From contig DYQT01000001.1 of assembly GCA_020719165.1 (NCBI GenBank), positions 1 to 45,680 of the forward strand: DNA of 45,680 nucleotides, written 5' to 3'. The stretch is from Draconibacterium orientale (lineage in GTDB: Bacteria > Bacteroidota > Bacteroidia > Bacteroidales > FEN-979). Below, in pieces: positions 18,156 to 28,419 of this stretch (the stretch's first letter is position 1; each line of letters begins with the position of its first letter). The notes under the pieces are model-generated. The model searched no databases, had not been told where the DNA came from, and saw only the letters and a list, made by a program, of their open reading frames with translations. The translations under genes and the position numbers were made by a program.

Positions 18156-19233
18156 GATCATTTTCCGGTTAATTGAGGAGGATGATATCCCCAGGGTGAA
18201 TACCTTCTACAACCAGTATCACCAGAGTGGCCGAACACTGGACCAATTCCGATGGGAATTCCGGGAATGCCCCCATGGCAAAGGTATTTATTGCCTGGCA
18301 GTAGTAGCAAAAACCGGCCAGATTATTGGCATCCAGGCAGGGATTCCAATCGTTTGCGTTGTTTCTGAAAACAAAACCTTATTAACTGTAAAATCAGAAG
18401 ATACCCTGATCGATGTTGACCTCTGTGCCTCTTTGAAAAAAAAACACCTCTTTCATGAATTATACGCCTTTTTCTTAGCGCAATGCCGCGAGCGGGGAGC
18501 TGTATCTGTTTGGGGATTCACCTGGGCAAAAAACAGTCTGAAAAGGATTGGATTTCAAATCCCCTTTGATGCCGCACAAGGCCTTATGGTTATTCACCCC
18601 GCAAAAAGTTACCACCACCTGTCGGCCTTAAATCCAAAAAACAACACACTGGCCAACATGAAAATAGGCGGGCTGGTAATCGCTTCATGGATATTGGGAT
18701 GGAGAAGCAGAATTAATAACAACTTCAGAGGCCTAACAGTTGCGGGCGACGTTATTTCCAACGAGTCCCTGTTTTCCAGAATTGCTCAATCGGATCAGTC
18801 GTTGGCATTCATAAAACAAGATGCAGATTTCTTAAATTGGCGGATTAAAAAGAATCCCTATCCGCTTCATTATGAAATACTGAATTTTTCATATTTGGAT
18901 CAGCCGGTTGCTCAGATCATTACCAGCCTCCATCCCAACGGACAAGGCTTCCTGGAACAACTACTGCTGGTTCCGGGCTTTTCCGCCGCCCTGTATAAAA
19001 AAATAGTGACAACTGCCATAAAAAGCCTATCATTGCAAGGTGCCATACATATCCGGGTATTGACTTTTTCCGGTAATCAAAACAATATTCATCAGGAAAG
19101 CATATTAAAATCTGCAGGTTTTACCATGATTAAAAAGGGGATGGGATTTATTTTTCTTTCACTTAACGATCCTCCCGTGCTCAATGCAGATCAATTTTTA
19201 CTTTCGCGGCTTTATACACAAGGTCACAATTGA
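18148..19233 (+). CDS. GNAT-like acyltransferase with a C-terminal domain of unknown function
   Basis: The N-terminal ~150 aa resemble a GNAT fold (IIFRLIEEDDIPRV...LAQCRERGAVSVWGF). It overlaps the upstream gene by 8 nt (ATGGATGA). Confidence 0.5.
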   Translation: MDEIIFRLIEEDDIPRVNTFYNQYHQSGRTLDQFRWEFRECPHGKGIYCLAVVAKTGQIIGIQAGIPIVCVVSENKTLLTVKSEDTLIDVDLCASLKKKHLFHELYAFFLAQCRERGAVSVWGFTWAKNSLKRIGFQIPFDAAQGLMVIHPAKSYHHLSALNPKNNTLANMKIGGLVIASWILGWRSRINNNFRGLTVAGDVISNESLFSRIAQSDQSLAFIKQDADFLNWRIKKNPYPLHYEILNFSYLDQPVAQIITSLHPNGQGFLEQLLLVPGFSAALYKKIVTTAIKSLSLQGAIHIRVLTFSGNQNNIHQESILKSAGFTMIKKGMGFIFLSLNDPPVLNADQFLLSRLYTQGHN

Positions 19234-19271
19234 AATATTTGTTAATTTTAACACCTCATTAAATATTTGCC

Positions 19272-20258
19272 ATGAAAATCGCTTGTTATCTTCCGGAAGC
19301 CGTCTTTACCAATGCTGATTTTGAAAAGGAATTCCCCGACTGGAATGCTTCAAAAATTGAAGAAAAAGTGGGAATACGGCAGCGGCATGTCGCTGGGAAA
19401 GATGAAACTGCCTTAGATTTGGCGTACAAAGCAGCAGAATTGGTACTAACCGGCGAAGATAGAAACCTGGTTGATTTTGTTCTTTTATGTACCCAAAGTC
19501 CTGATTATTTCTTACCAACAAGCGCTTGTATCCTACAAGAAAAGCTGCAATTGAAAACCGGAACCGGGGCACTGGACTATAACCTGGGCTGCTCCGGATT
19601 TATTTATGGATTGGCTTTATCAAAAGGGCTGTTATCTGCCGGCATTGCCACCCGCATCCTGCTGATCATGTCCGAAACATACTCCAAGCACATGCACCCG
19701 GATGACCGGGCCAACCGCAGTATTTTTGGCGATGGCGCGGCTGCAATGCTCATCGGGTTAAATGATTTGCCCAACATCGGCCATTTTGAATTGGGTACAG
19801 ATGGATCGGGAAAAAACAACCTGATCGTTGAAACCGGAGCCATGCGTGAAAGCCGCGTTCCCGATGCTCAATTACCACCCAATGCAGACGGAACTTTTCA
19901 TTCACCCAATCATTTGTATATGAATGGACCGGAAATATTCAATTTTACCATCGACAGCGTTCCGGGGGTGGTTGATTCCGTATTGAAAAAAAACAACATG
20001 ACCCTTGATGATATCGATTATGTAATTTTCCATCAGGCAAATAAATACATGTTGGAATACCTGCGAAAAAAAATTAAAATCCCGGCTGAAAAGTTTCATA
20101 ATAATATGTTGATGACCGGAAATACTGTTTCTGCCACCATTCCCATCGCCTTAAATGATTGCCTTCTCCGCGATAGCATTAAACCCGGATCGAAATTACT
20201 GCTGGTTGGTTTTGGAGTTGGGTATTCATGGGGAGCAGTAGTACTTATCTGGCAATAG
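19272..20258 (+). CDS. 3-oxoacyl-ACP synthase III (KAS III, FabH-like), accessory copy
   Basis: The Cys-His-Asn triad context is present: NLGCSGFIYGL, FHQANKYM and GNTVSATIP. Confidence 0.85.
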   Translation: MKIACYLPEAVFTNADFEKEFPDWNASKIEEKVGIRQRHVAGKDETALDLAYKAAELVLTGEDRNLVDFVLLCTQSPDYFLPTSACILQEKLQLKTGTGALDYNLGCSGFIYGLALSKGLLSAGIATRILLIMSETYSKHMHPDDRANRSIFGDGAAAMLIGLNDLPNIGHFELGTDGSGKNNLIVETGAMRESRVPDAQLPPNADGTFHSPNHLYMNGPEIFNFTIDSVPGVVDSVLKKNNMTLDDIDYVIFHQANKYMLEYLRKKIKIPAEKFHNNMLMTGNTVSATIPIALNDCLLRDSIKPGSKLLLVGFGVGYSWGAVVLIWQ

Positions 20259-20282
20259 TATTGAATTAAATTTATAAAAAAG

Positions 20283-20519
20283 ATGAAAAAAGAAGAATTT
20301 CTCCGCCTCCTCACCGAAGCTTTAGAGTTTCAAGACATTGATCTGCAAACGTCTACTGATCTCACTAAGATCGAATCCTATGATTCAATGGCCGTGATGG
20401 CCATCATTGCGTTTGCGGATGAAAACTTTTCCAAAAGATTAACTGCCAAACAGTTGACAACAATAACACGGGTTGGAGATTTGATGGAGCTTATCGGCAT
20501 GGAAAACTTTACCGATTAA
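20283..20519 (+). CDS. Acyl carrier protein (dedicated)
   Basis: A 78-aa ORF with a phosphopantetheine attachment context (SYDSMAVMAII). It sits between the KAS III and SDR genes. Confidence 0.8.
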   Translation: MKKEEFLRLLTEALEFQDIDLQTSTDLTKIESYDSMAVMAIIAFADENFSKRLTAKQLTTITRVGDLMELIGMENFTD

Positions 20520-20527
20520 CAAACAAG

Positions 20528-21289
20528 ATGGTTGGATCATTTTCGTTACTGAACAAAAACCTTGTAATCACCGGCGCTTCTTCGGGCATTGGAAGGTGTA
20601 TTGCCATTGAATGCAGTAAAGCCGGTGCCAATTTGTTGCTGGTTGCCCGAAACCGGGAACGGTTGCAGGAAACTTTCGACCAGCTTACTCCGGGGAATCA
20701 TCAGATGATTGTAGCAGATCTGAAAGAATTTGCACAAATCGAAAGTACAATAGCGCCTCTGCTCGCTGGTCATTTACCTGTACATGGTTTGGTTCATGCA
20801 GCAGGCGTTGAATTCACCGCCCCCTTCTCTATGACCCGCCCCAAACATTTTGAAGCGTTATTTGCGGTAAATGTCATAGCCGGATTCGAATTGGCCAGAA
20901 TCGTTTCCCAGAAAAAGTATTCAGATTTGCAAGCGGGGGGGGCAATTGTCTTCATCAGCAGCATCCGCGCCCTTTATGGGCAGGAAGGTGCAGTTGCTTA
21001 CGCCTCCTCAAAGGGGGCCATTCTTTCTGGAATTCGATCACTCTCTTTGGAATTATCCCCAAGAAAAATCAGGGTGAATGCTATTTCTCCCTCAATAGTC
21101 AGAACACCCATGACCGACAATCTTTTTGAAACAATTCCCGAATCAGCGGTTGAATTACTCAAAAAACAACACCCGCTGGGTTTTGGAGATCCGATTGATG
21201 TTGCACTGGCCTGCATTTACCTATTATCCGATGCCGGAAGATGGATGACCGGACAAAACATGATTCTCGACGGAGGTTATTCAGTCTGA
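20528..21289 (+). CDS. SDR family oxidoreductase (FabG-like ketoreductase)
   Basis: It has the TGASSGIGR cofactor motif and the YASSK catalytic motif. Confidence 0.85.
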   Translation: MVGSFSLLNKNLVITGASSGIGRCIAIECSKAGANLLLVARNRERLQETFDQLTPGNHQMIVADLKEFAQIESTIAPLLAGHLPVHGLVHAAGVEFTAPFSMTRPKHFEALFAVNVIAGFELARIVSQKKYSDLQAGGAIVFISSIRALYGQEGAVAYASSKGAILSGIRSLSLELSPRKIRVNAISPSIVRTPMTDNLFETIPESAVELLKKQHPLGFGDPIDVALACIYLLSDAGRWMTGQNMILDGGYSV

Positions 21290-22747
21290 AATCCCTCTGC
21301 GCCGCGAAAAACGACCAAGGACAAGCGGAAGTTCCCTCCGATAGGTGGTAAATACTAAAATTATGGCTACCACAAGTTGCCCCAGTCTTCCAATTATACG
21401 GAATTCTGTCGGCAGCAGTAACTCACAGCACAAAACAGTACCGATATATATTACCGGCGACCAAATCAGTTTCCATACATTAATTTTGAAAGAAAAGATT
21501 TTCCGGCTCTCCAGCCAGATGAAAAACACCTGTATCGGTTTTATCAGAAAAGATGCAAAGGCAGCGCCGGCAAGGCCAAAAAAATATATCAGGCCGGTGC
21601 TGCCAACAATTTGAAATAGTGCACTAAAAAGAAAAACCTTTGGCAAAACCTGCGTTTTTTTAAAAAAGAGCAATGGGGCCAGGTACATGTAGTACCACAC
21701 CCGCGTTGCATAACCGGCTCCCAGAATAGCAAGGTAGTCAAAGGATTCAAAATAAATCTTTTTATGAATAACAAGAGGTATCAGCAGTGGCGCCAGCAGA
21801 ACAAATACCGGTATGATAAGTAAATTTACAGCGGCAAAACTACTGTAATACCTGTTTACATCCGGTGTGCTTCCATGCAAATTTTGCTCCTTCCATATTG
21901 AAAATATCCTTGGATTGATATTGCTGATCAAACCGATCTGTACAAGATCAATCGCCAAAATCAATTTAATGGCAAAGTCATAGATTCCTACCAGCGAGGT
22001 ATCTCCCATTACCCTTAACACTAAAAACCGGTCAATGTAATTGACTACCCAACCCAACAAAATGAAAATCACGATAGGAGCACTATAGCGGATCAGCTTT
22101 TCTGCATACTTCTGGTTCCAGGAGATACCATATTCGCTCGTAAGGAGGATGATTGCCAGGGTAGCCGATATACAGGCTGGTATCATTCTGCCGAGAATAG
22201 GACCGTATAATGTAAATGGGAATGAGTATATGAGCGAAAGGCTGAACCCGATCGTCATGGCGAAATTGAGAAGGTTGATCCAGAAAAAACGCTCCGGCCT
22301 TTGTTGGTATATTAAAAGATTGGAATAAACCTTGAATATTCCGTTAAGAATACCTGAAATAACAGTGAATATACCGAAAGGAATCAAATTAAAAGTTTTC
22401 CCTCCACCGAAAACCAGATCAAAAAGCCAAATACCTCCCGAAAGAAATACAAGGAGCGTTACAAAACCTGTTAGCATCATGACTATCAGCACTGTACCGA
22501 GAAAATCCCTCAATTTCTGCCGGGTCTCCTTGTAATCAAAGTACAGAATTCCAACCGACACATCAAACCCCCAACTCGCCAGAATTTGAATAAAATACAT
22601 CAAGGTGATATATAGTGCATTAACCCCAAACTGAGCCGGTGTCAACAACCCGATAAACCAAGGTATCAGTAAGAATCCCGATGCATAAGGCAAGGCGCCA
22701 ACAACGCTGTATATGAGAGAGCTTTTGAAAAACTGACGGGAGATCAT
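21281..22747 (-). CDS. Wzx-like oligosaccharide flippase (MOP superfamily polysaccharide biosynthesis protein)
   Basis: About 488 aa with many hydrophobic spans and an N-terminus (MISRQFFKSSLIYSVVGALPYASGF) typical of this family. The start is trimmed to the ATG at 22747. The 3' end overlaps the convergent SDR gene by 9 nt. Confidence 0.7.
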   Translation of the reverse strand: MISRQFFKSSLIYSVVGALPYASGFLLIPWFIGLLTPAQFGVNALYITLMYFIQILASWGFDVSVGILYFDYKETRQKLRDFLGTVLIVMMLTGFVTLLVFLSGGIWLFDLVFGGGKTFNLIPFGIFTVISGILNGIFKVYSNLLIYQQRPERFFWINLLNFAMTIGFSLSLIYSFPFTLYGPILGRMIPACISATLAIILLTSEYGISWNQKYAEKLIRYSAPIVIFILLGWVVNYIDRFLVLRVMGDTSLVGIYDFAIKLILAIDLVQIGLISNINPRIFSIWKEQNLHGSTPDVNRYYSSFAAVNLLIIPVFVLLAPLLIPLVIHKKIYFESFDYLAILGAGYATRVWYYMYLAPLLFFKKTQVLPKVFLFSALFQIVGSTGLIYFFGLAGAAFASFLIKPIQVFFIWLESRKIFSFKINVWKLIWSPVIYIGTVLCCELLLPTEFRIIGRLGQLVVAIILVFTTYRRELPLVLGRFSRRRGISD

Positions 22748-22913
22748 GCGTGAGGATACCTTCTGTAAATAAGGCCGGAAAGGTATAAAAAAATCGCAAC
22801 TCTGGAAAATTACTATTTTTAGAAAATTCAAGCCACCTTGAAATGTCAACAATTTTCATCGTCAAAAAACGTTTCAATAAGAAAATCAACTTTCTAACCC
22901 ATAATTGTACTTC

Positions 22914-23810
22914 ATGGTCAAAATAATACGCAGTATATTGCCTTTTTGGTTGCGAAATTTCATTTTCATCAAAATCCAGCAATTTGTTTTTTATTCCTAT
23001 AAAAAAAAGATCTTGCGCTACTATCAAAAAAATCTAGCCATGGTCAAGGATGATAGCATGAAGGAGGCCATTTCCTTTCTTAAATCGAATCCATTTGTAT
23101 CCCCTCCATACCCTTTCTCAAAAAATTATTCTGAAAAGTCGGTTGAAATCACCCTTGATCCTGATAAAGCAATGCATTACTGCATGCTTGACGGAAAGCG
23201 TCTCTATTTTAAACGAGGAATGGAAGTTCAAAAAATCAGACGACAATTTAAAAACCTGTTAATGGAACAGGATCCGCATTCGGCCCACAGGTACATCACA
23301 CCTGGTTTTAGCGTTCAGCAGGGAGATGTCGTAATCGATGCAGGAGCTGCAGAAGGTAATTTTTCATTAAGCATTGTTGAAAAAGCAAGCAAACTAATTT
23401 TGATCGAAACAAATCCCGATTGGCTGGATGCCCTTGAAGCAACATTTGAACCCTGGAAAGAAAAGCTTACAATTATAAATAAATTCGTTAGCAATCATAA
23501 TAGCACCACCACGATAACAATTGATCGGATCATAGAGCAGGAGGGAGCTGTCAATTTCATTAAAATTGATGTTGATGGCGAGGAAGGCCCATTGCTGGCC
23601 GGCAGTGCCAATACGTTGGACAGTCCATCCGCTCCAAAAATAGCGCTATGCACCTATCACCTCGAAGGTGATCCGGAAAAATTCTCTACCCTGCTTACGA
23701 AGAAAGGTTTTGTCACAGAGTTTTCAGAAGGGTACATGATTTTTATTTCTCAGCAGGGGCTAGAGTTTCCATTTTTGCGAAAAGGCATTCTGCGTGGCTG
23801 GAAAACTTAA
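22914..23810 (+). CDS. FkbM family methyltransferase
   Basis: It has a SAM-binding motif (VVIDAGAAEGNFS) and NFIKIDVDGEEGPLL. The ORF-track start at 22905 is a TTG. The ATG at 22914 is preferred, and the ATG at 23040 is an alternative. Confidence 0.75.
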   Translation: MVKIIRSILPFWLRNFIFIKIQQFVFYSYKKKILRYYQKNLAMVKDDSMKEAISFLKSNPFVSPPYPFSKNYSEKSVEITLDPDKAMHYCMLDGKRLYFKRGMEVQKIRRQFKNLLMEQDPHSAHRYITPGFSVQQGDVVIDAGAAEGNFSLSIVEKASKLILIETNPDWLDALEATFEPWKEKLTIINKFVSNHNSTTTITIDRIIEQEGAVNFIKIDVDGEEGPLLAGSANTLDSPSAPKIALCTYHLEGDPEKFSTLLTKKGFVTEFSEGYMIFISQQGLEFPFLRKGILRGWKT

Positions 23811-23819
23811 AAATCCCAT

Positions 23820-24752
23820 TCAACCAAACACAGTGAATCTTTCTTTAACATAATTGGCCCCGGCGAAAGTGGTCAGATAATAGATAACGCTTTTGAAATT
23901 CCATCCCGATCTGAGAAAATGATATCTGGCTCTTTTCATACGACCCGTCAGGTAAAAATACCTTGCCTGGCTCCCGTGCAATTGTTTTTTACATAACCTA
24001 ACCTGTTTTGGATATTTTTCCTGATAGTTATCCAACGTCATCAACGAATAATAAAAGTCGATGGTCCTGTATCCGGCATTCAATGATAAATTTGAATCTT
24101 CCACAAATCTAACGTACAGCGATTTACATATTTCAACGGAACAATTTCCCTCAAAAAGTCTCAGTCCCCAGTCAAAATCCATCTTCCCGAAATGCTCCTC
24201 AAAGCGATGTTGCTTCAGTGACCGGTGAAACATAAAACTTCCGATATACCGCGACTGCCCCTGTGTTGACCTGCTCAATATTTGCAAAAATGTTGCGTTT
24301 TTCTCATAAAGAATTAAACCCGTATCATCAAGTGGATGATTTGTTCTCTCAATGGTTTTATTTTTAAGTTGAAAGAATATTGTATATCCCGATGTGATGA
24401 TCGGAGCAAGATGGCTGACAGAAAGTTGCATCTTTAATCTGGATGGCAGCCACTGGTCATCATGATCCATGATGCAAATAAATTCACCGGTCGCTTTGCT
24501 TAACCCAATATTTCTGCCCTTGTTTGGCCCTCCTGAATTTTCGTTCGTGGTAAGGTAGTCAATCCTGTTGTGCCTTAATATTTCGGTCGTTCCATCGGTG
24601 GAACAGTCATCAATTACGATTATTTCAACTTCAAAATCCTGATTTATACCCTCTTGAGAAAAAATAGAATCTAACGCCCGCTGGAGTGTTTTTTCCGAAT
24701 TATAGGTAGAGAGAATGACAGAAATCCGAACTGGTTTTTTACTTGACATCAT
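23820..24752 (-). CDS. Family 2 glycosyltransferase
   Basis: ISVILSTYNSEKTLQRALDSIFSQ followed by IIVIDDCSTDGT is a classic GT2 N-terminus. Confidence 0.85.
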   Translation of the reverse strand: MMSSKKPVRISVILSTYNSEKTLQRALDSIFSQEGINQDFEVEIIVIDDCSTDGTTEILRHNRIDYLTTNENSGGPNKGRNIGLSKATGEFICIMDHDDQWLPSRLKMQLSVSHLAPIITSGYTIFFQLKNKTIERTNHPLDDTGLILYEKNATFLQILSRSTQGQSRYIGSFMFHRSLKQHRFEEHFGKMDFDWGLRLFEGNCSVEICKSLYVRFVEDSNLSLNAGYRTIDFYYSLMTLDNYQEKYPKQVRLCKKQLHGSQARYFYLTGRMKRARYHFLRSGWNFKSVIYYLTTFAGANYVKERFTVFG

Positions 24753-24948
24753 GGGTTTATCCTAAGATAAAAAATATCGGTAAAATTTCAACTTCGGCAA
24801 AGTTAAATATAAAAGTAAATCAGACGTAATCACAAAAGCAATCCCCTTCACTACCTTTGAAAACAATTTAAATTCATATATAGTCGCCAATATAATCTCC
24901 CTTTCGAACCACAATGAAAAACCATTTGGATTTGAAAGAGAAACCACA

Positions 24949-24956
24949 TAATTTTG
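24949..24956 (+). promoter_or_regulatory. Candidate -7 promoter box (TAnnTTTG) for the sensor kinase gene
   Basis: taattttg sits 17 nt upstream of the ATG at 24973. Confidence 0.4.
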
Positions 24957-24972
24957 TTAAATAATAACACGT

Positions 24973-27315
24973 ATGAGAATTTCAGTACTATTGGTTCTTT
25001 TAACGCTTTTCTCATCTTTTGCTTATACAACAGAGGTCACTGAAGTCCAGGGAAGGATGCATCATATCATGACAGTTGACTCCCTGAATGAACTCGGTGT
25101 AATTTCTATTGACAATAATCCCGAGAGTGCCAGATATTCAGCTAACCGGGCCTATGCGATGTCTGTTGAGATTAAATATACCAAGGGGCAGATTGATGCC
25201 TTATCGACATTATCAAAGTATTATCTTATCAAAGAAGATTATGCTAAAGCACTCGAATACTATTTTAAAACTACTGATCTGTGTGACCCTGATCGCGATT
25301 TTGAAACCCTGGTGCGCATTTATCAGCAGGTGGTGCGGTTTTTCATTGTAATTAAGGATTACGGCCTGGCAAAAAAGTATCTTGATATCATGTCTCGTTT
25401 AGCGCAAAAATCATCTGACCCAGCCACTCATTCACTCGTTTTCCTTTTTCATGCAAAATATTATTATGCAAAGGGCGACTATGATCTCACAATTCGAAAT
25501 CTTTACCTGTGCCTCCCCTTCTCTCAAAAATCAAAGGATCTGAATGAAATTGGCTATATTCATAAATATCTCGGGGATGTATTTGTACAAAAAAAGATGT
25601 TTGCTCAAGCTATTTTTGAATATCGGGGAGCCTTATCCTTTTTTTCGGCGATGCAAAACAATGCGGAAATTGCGATAGTGTACACCCGTCTGGCTCATAT
25701 TTATCAGGTACAGGATAACAGGAAATTAAACCTGCATTACAATTTAGCTGCCTTGAGAATTCGGGAGAAAAGCGGATCAACCTATTTTATTGCATCCTCT
25801 TGTCTAAATATAGGCGAAGCATACTGGTTTCTTGAAAAAAAGGACTCTGCCCGTTTTTACATTCAAAAATCACTTCAACTTGCAGAACAAATCAACAGAA
25901 CTGATCTTCTTGAAGTTATCTACGCGCAACTTTCCAATTTTGCAAAAGCGGAAAAAAGATACGCTGATGCATACAACTATTTCAAAAAAGCTGTTGGATA
26001 CAGAACCAAAGTGAACCATGACAGGAACCTGTCAGAAATTTTAATTCTTGAAGCGAATCGAACTATCAGGGAAAGTGAAGCACAAAATGATTTGCTAAAT
26101 CAGGAAATGCTCATTCAGGAGTTGGAAATCAAAAACCGACACATTCAGATGTTCTTATTTGAAGTGGCATTTATGATCATCCTGTCTGTCATTCTTTTTA
26201 TTGATGCCCTTGCCCGTAAAAATCGAAAAAAGAAAAACGAGTTTAAAGAGATGAACCTCAGGCTCAGCAATGAAATTGCCACCCGCATTGAGGCAAAGGG
26301 AAGACTTAACAGGAGCGAAGAATTACATCGGGTTCTGGCAGAAAATATTGTGGATGTTATTTCATTGCTCGACTCAGGGATGCACCGGATCTACATCAGC
26401 CCTTCCTGTGAAAAATTTTATGGATATACGGTGAAGGAGATACTTCAGATGAAGAGCCCGCTCGACCTGGTCGAACCCTCCTTTAAAATTTCAGTAAACC
26501 AGCGTCTTCTTGAAATGTTTCGCTCTAAAAATCCCACACGGTATATTTATAAGGTTATCAGAAAAGATAAAGCTGCCTTTTGGGCAGAAGCAAATATAAA
26601 TCCAATTCTGGATCCTGTATCACATGAGATCACCAGACTGATAACGGTTGTGCGCGATATTTCTGAACGGATGAAACATGAAGAGGAGTTGTCGGAAAAT
26701 GCAAGACAAAAAGAGTCCCTCTTTCGTGAAATCCACAATCGGGTGAAAAATAATTTTGCCATTCTGATCAGTCTCATGAACATGCAACGCGATCAGTCAG
26801 CAAACCATGAACTGAACCGATCATTAAGTGATTTGCAATTAAGGGTTCGAACCATGTCGCTGGTTCATGAACAACTTTACCAGTCACAGGAAATAAGCAC
26901 CATTCCATTTGATAACTACCTTAACAATCTCGCCTCGATCATTTCAAGTTCCTATAAAAACGACCGAATTCGTTTGCAAACCGAAATTTATCCCTGCAAT
27001 GTGGCTATTTCGATGGCTCTTCCCCTCGGATTAATCATCAATGAACTGATAACCAATGCCTACAAATATGCATTCCCTGACCAAAATACCGGGAATATCT
27101 GGATCAAACTTCTGCCGGAAGAAAAAGAGAGATTCTCCATATCTATTTGTGACGATGGCATCGGACTTCCGGATGGTTTTTCCATGAAATCAACAAAAAC
27201 CATGGGGTCACAAATTGTTGAGTTATTGGTCGCACAAATAGAGGCAAGTCTTGAAGTCTCCACAAAAGGAGGTACCTGCTTTCGGATCCTGTTTTCAACA
27301 GCACTATATATTTAA
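24973..27315 (+). CDS. Sensor histidine kinase: signal peptide, TPR region, transmembrane segment, PAS, HisKA_2 and HATPase_c
   Basis: The H-box is EIHNRVKNNFAILISLM (HisKA_2 type), the N-box is ELITNAYKYAF and the G-box is DDGIGLP. About 370 aa of TPR-like repeats precede the single transmembrane segment (MFLFEVAFMIILSVILFI). Confidence 0.85.
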   Translation: MRISVLLVLLTLFSSFAYTTEVTEVQGRMHHIMTVDSLNELGVISIDNNPESARYSANRAYAMSVEIKYTKGQIDALSTLSKYYLIKEDYAKALEYYFKTTDLCDPDRDFETLVRIYQQVVRFFIVIKDYGLAKKYLDIMSRLAQKSSDPATHSLVFLFHAKYYYAKGDYDLTIRNLYLCLPFSQKSKDLNEIGYIHKYLGDVFVQKKMFAQAIFEYRGALSFFSAMQNNAEIAIVYTRLAHIYQVQDNRKLNLHYNLAALRIREKSGSTYFIASSCLNIGEAYWFLEKKDSARFYIQKSLQLAEQINRTDLLEVIYAQLSNFAKAEKRYADAYNYFKKAVGYRTKVNHDRNLSEILILEANRTIRESEAQNDLLNQEMLIQELEIKNRHIQMFLFEVAFMIILSVILFIDALARKNRKKKNEFKEMNLRLSNEIATRIEAKGRLNRSEELHRVLAENIVDVISLLDSGMHRIYISPSCEKFYGYTVKEILQMKSPLDLVEPSFKISVNQRLLEMFRSKNPTRYIYKVIRKDKAAFWAEANINPILDPVSHEITRLITVVRDISERMKHEEELSENARQKESLFREIHNRVKNNFAILISLMNMQRDQSANHELNRSLSDLQLRVRTMSLVHEQLYQSQEISTIPFDNYLNNLASIISSSYKNDRIRLQTEIYPCNVAISMALPLGLIINELITNAYKYAFPDQNTGNIWIKLLPEEKERFSISICDDGIGLPDGFSMKSTKTMGSQIVELLVAQIEASLEVSTKGGTCFRILFSTALYI

Positions 27316-27318
27316 ACT

Positions 27319-28311
27319 ATGAACAAGCTACAACATGAGATAACATTTATTGGCGCAGGTACCATCGCAACCGCGTTGGGGAACATTCTTGCCGAGGCGG
27401 GCTTGAAAAATATTTTGCTTCATTCCATTGAAAACAAGGTTGTCGAAGACATAAACAGGATCCATGTGAATTCAAAATATTTCCCGGCACTGAATCTGAA
27501 CCCAAACCTGCACGCAACCACCGAAGACAGATTGCTTGAAAATTCTAAAATCATCTTTTTGGCAATCCCTTCGGTTGTCATGATAGACTACCTGAAAAAA
27601 ATCCGGAAACATCTCCCTCCAGATGCCATTCTGATCAATCTTGCAAAAGGCTTCGGTTATGAAAATGTGACAATACTTGAATGCCTCCAGGCTGAATTCC
27701 AAAACCCCGTTTGCACAATGAAAGGACCTAGTTTCGCCAGGGAGATCATCAATCGCCTCCCAACCGGTTTTACAATTGGTTCACAATCCCCGTTGCACCT
27801 CACCAGAATCAGGGAAATATTCACCCGCACAAATATTCATTTTGATTATTCCAACGATATTCGCGGCGTTGAAATCCTGAGCATTCTGAAGAATATTTAT
27901 GCCGTTGTTCTTGGCATTGTTGATGCTCAGTTCAACTCCCCAAATCTTCGGTTTCTGATCCTGACCAAAGCATTTAAAGAGATGAGAAAAGTCCTGATTT
28001 CTTCTGGAGGGCAGGTCGATACGCTATTCAATTATTGTGGATATGGTGACTTTACCCTTACAGCACTCAATGATCTCAGCCGAAACCGTACGCTTGGACT
28101 TCTTATTGGAAAAGGGTTTTTTACCGAACACATTTCTCATGAACTCGTTTTAGAAGGAAAAACCGCTGTAAACGAATTTTATGAAGAACTATCAAAAACC
28201 ATGTGTGTTGAAGATCATTTTCCAATCATTGCAGAACTTTACCATATATTTCACACCAAGTATGATATCTCGCTTTTCGTGAATTCAATTTTAAACCACC
28301 CGGAAGAATAG
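27319..28311 (+). CDS. gpsA: NAD(P)H-dependent glycerol-3-phosphate dehydrogenase
   Basis: It has a Rossmann motif (ITFIGAGTIATALG), NLAKG and KGPSFAREI. The 330-aa length fits GpsA. Confidence 0.75.
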   Translation: MNKLQHEITFIGAGTIATALGNILAEAGLKNILLHSIENKVVEDINRIHVNSKYFPALNLNPNLHATTEDRLLENSKIIFLAIPSVVMIDYLKKIRKHLPPDAILINLAKGFGYENVTILECLQAEFQNPVCTMKGPSFAREIINRLPTGFTIGSQSPLHLTRIREIFTRTNIHFDYSNDIRGVEILSILKNIYAVVLGIVDAQFNSPNLRFLILTKAFKEMRKVLISSGGQVDTLFNYCGYGDFTLTALNDLSRNRTLGLLIGKGFFTEHISHELVLEGKTAVNEFYEELSKTMCVEDHFPIIAELYHIFHTKYDISLFVNSILNHPEE

Positions 28312-28393
28312 CAGTGTTTACCATTTCATGCAGGGAATAATAACCTGCCAGAAAAATCGTAAATCAAAAACCGAAAATCGTAAATCCTTTTTG

Positions 28394-28401
28394 TACCTTT
28401 G
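28394..28401 (+). promoter_or_regulatory. Candidate -7 promoter box (TAnnTTTG) for ssrA
   Basis: tacctttg sits 19 nt upstream of the predicted mature tmRNA 5' end. Confidence 0.4.
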
Positions 28402-28419
28402 TACCGCTGAAATTCATAC

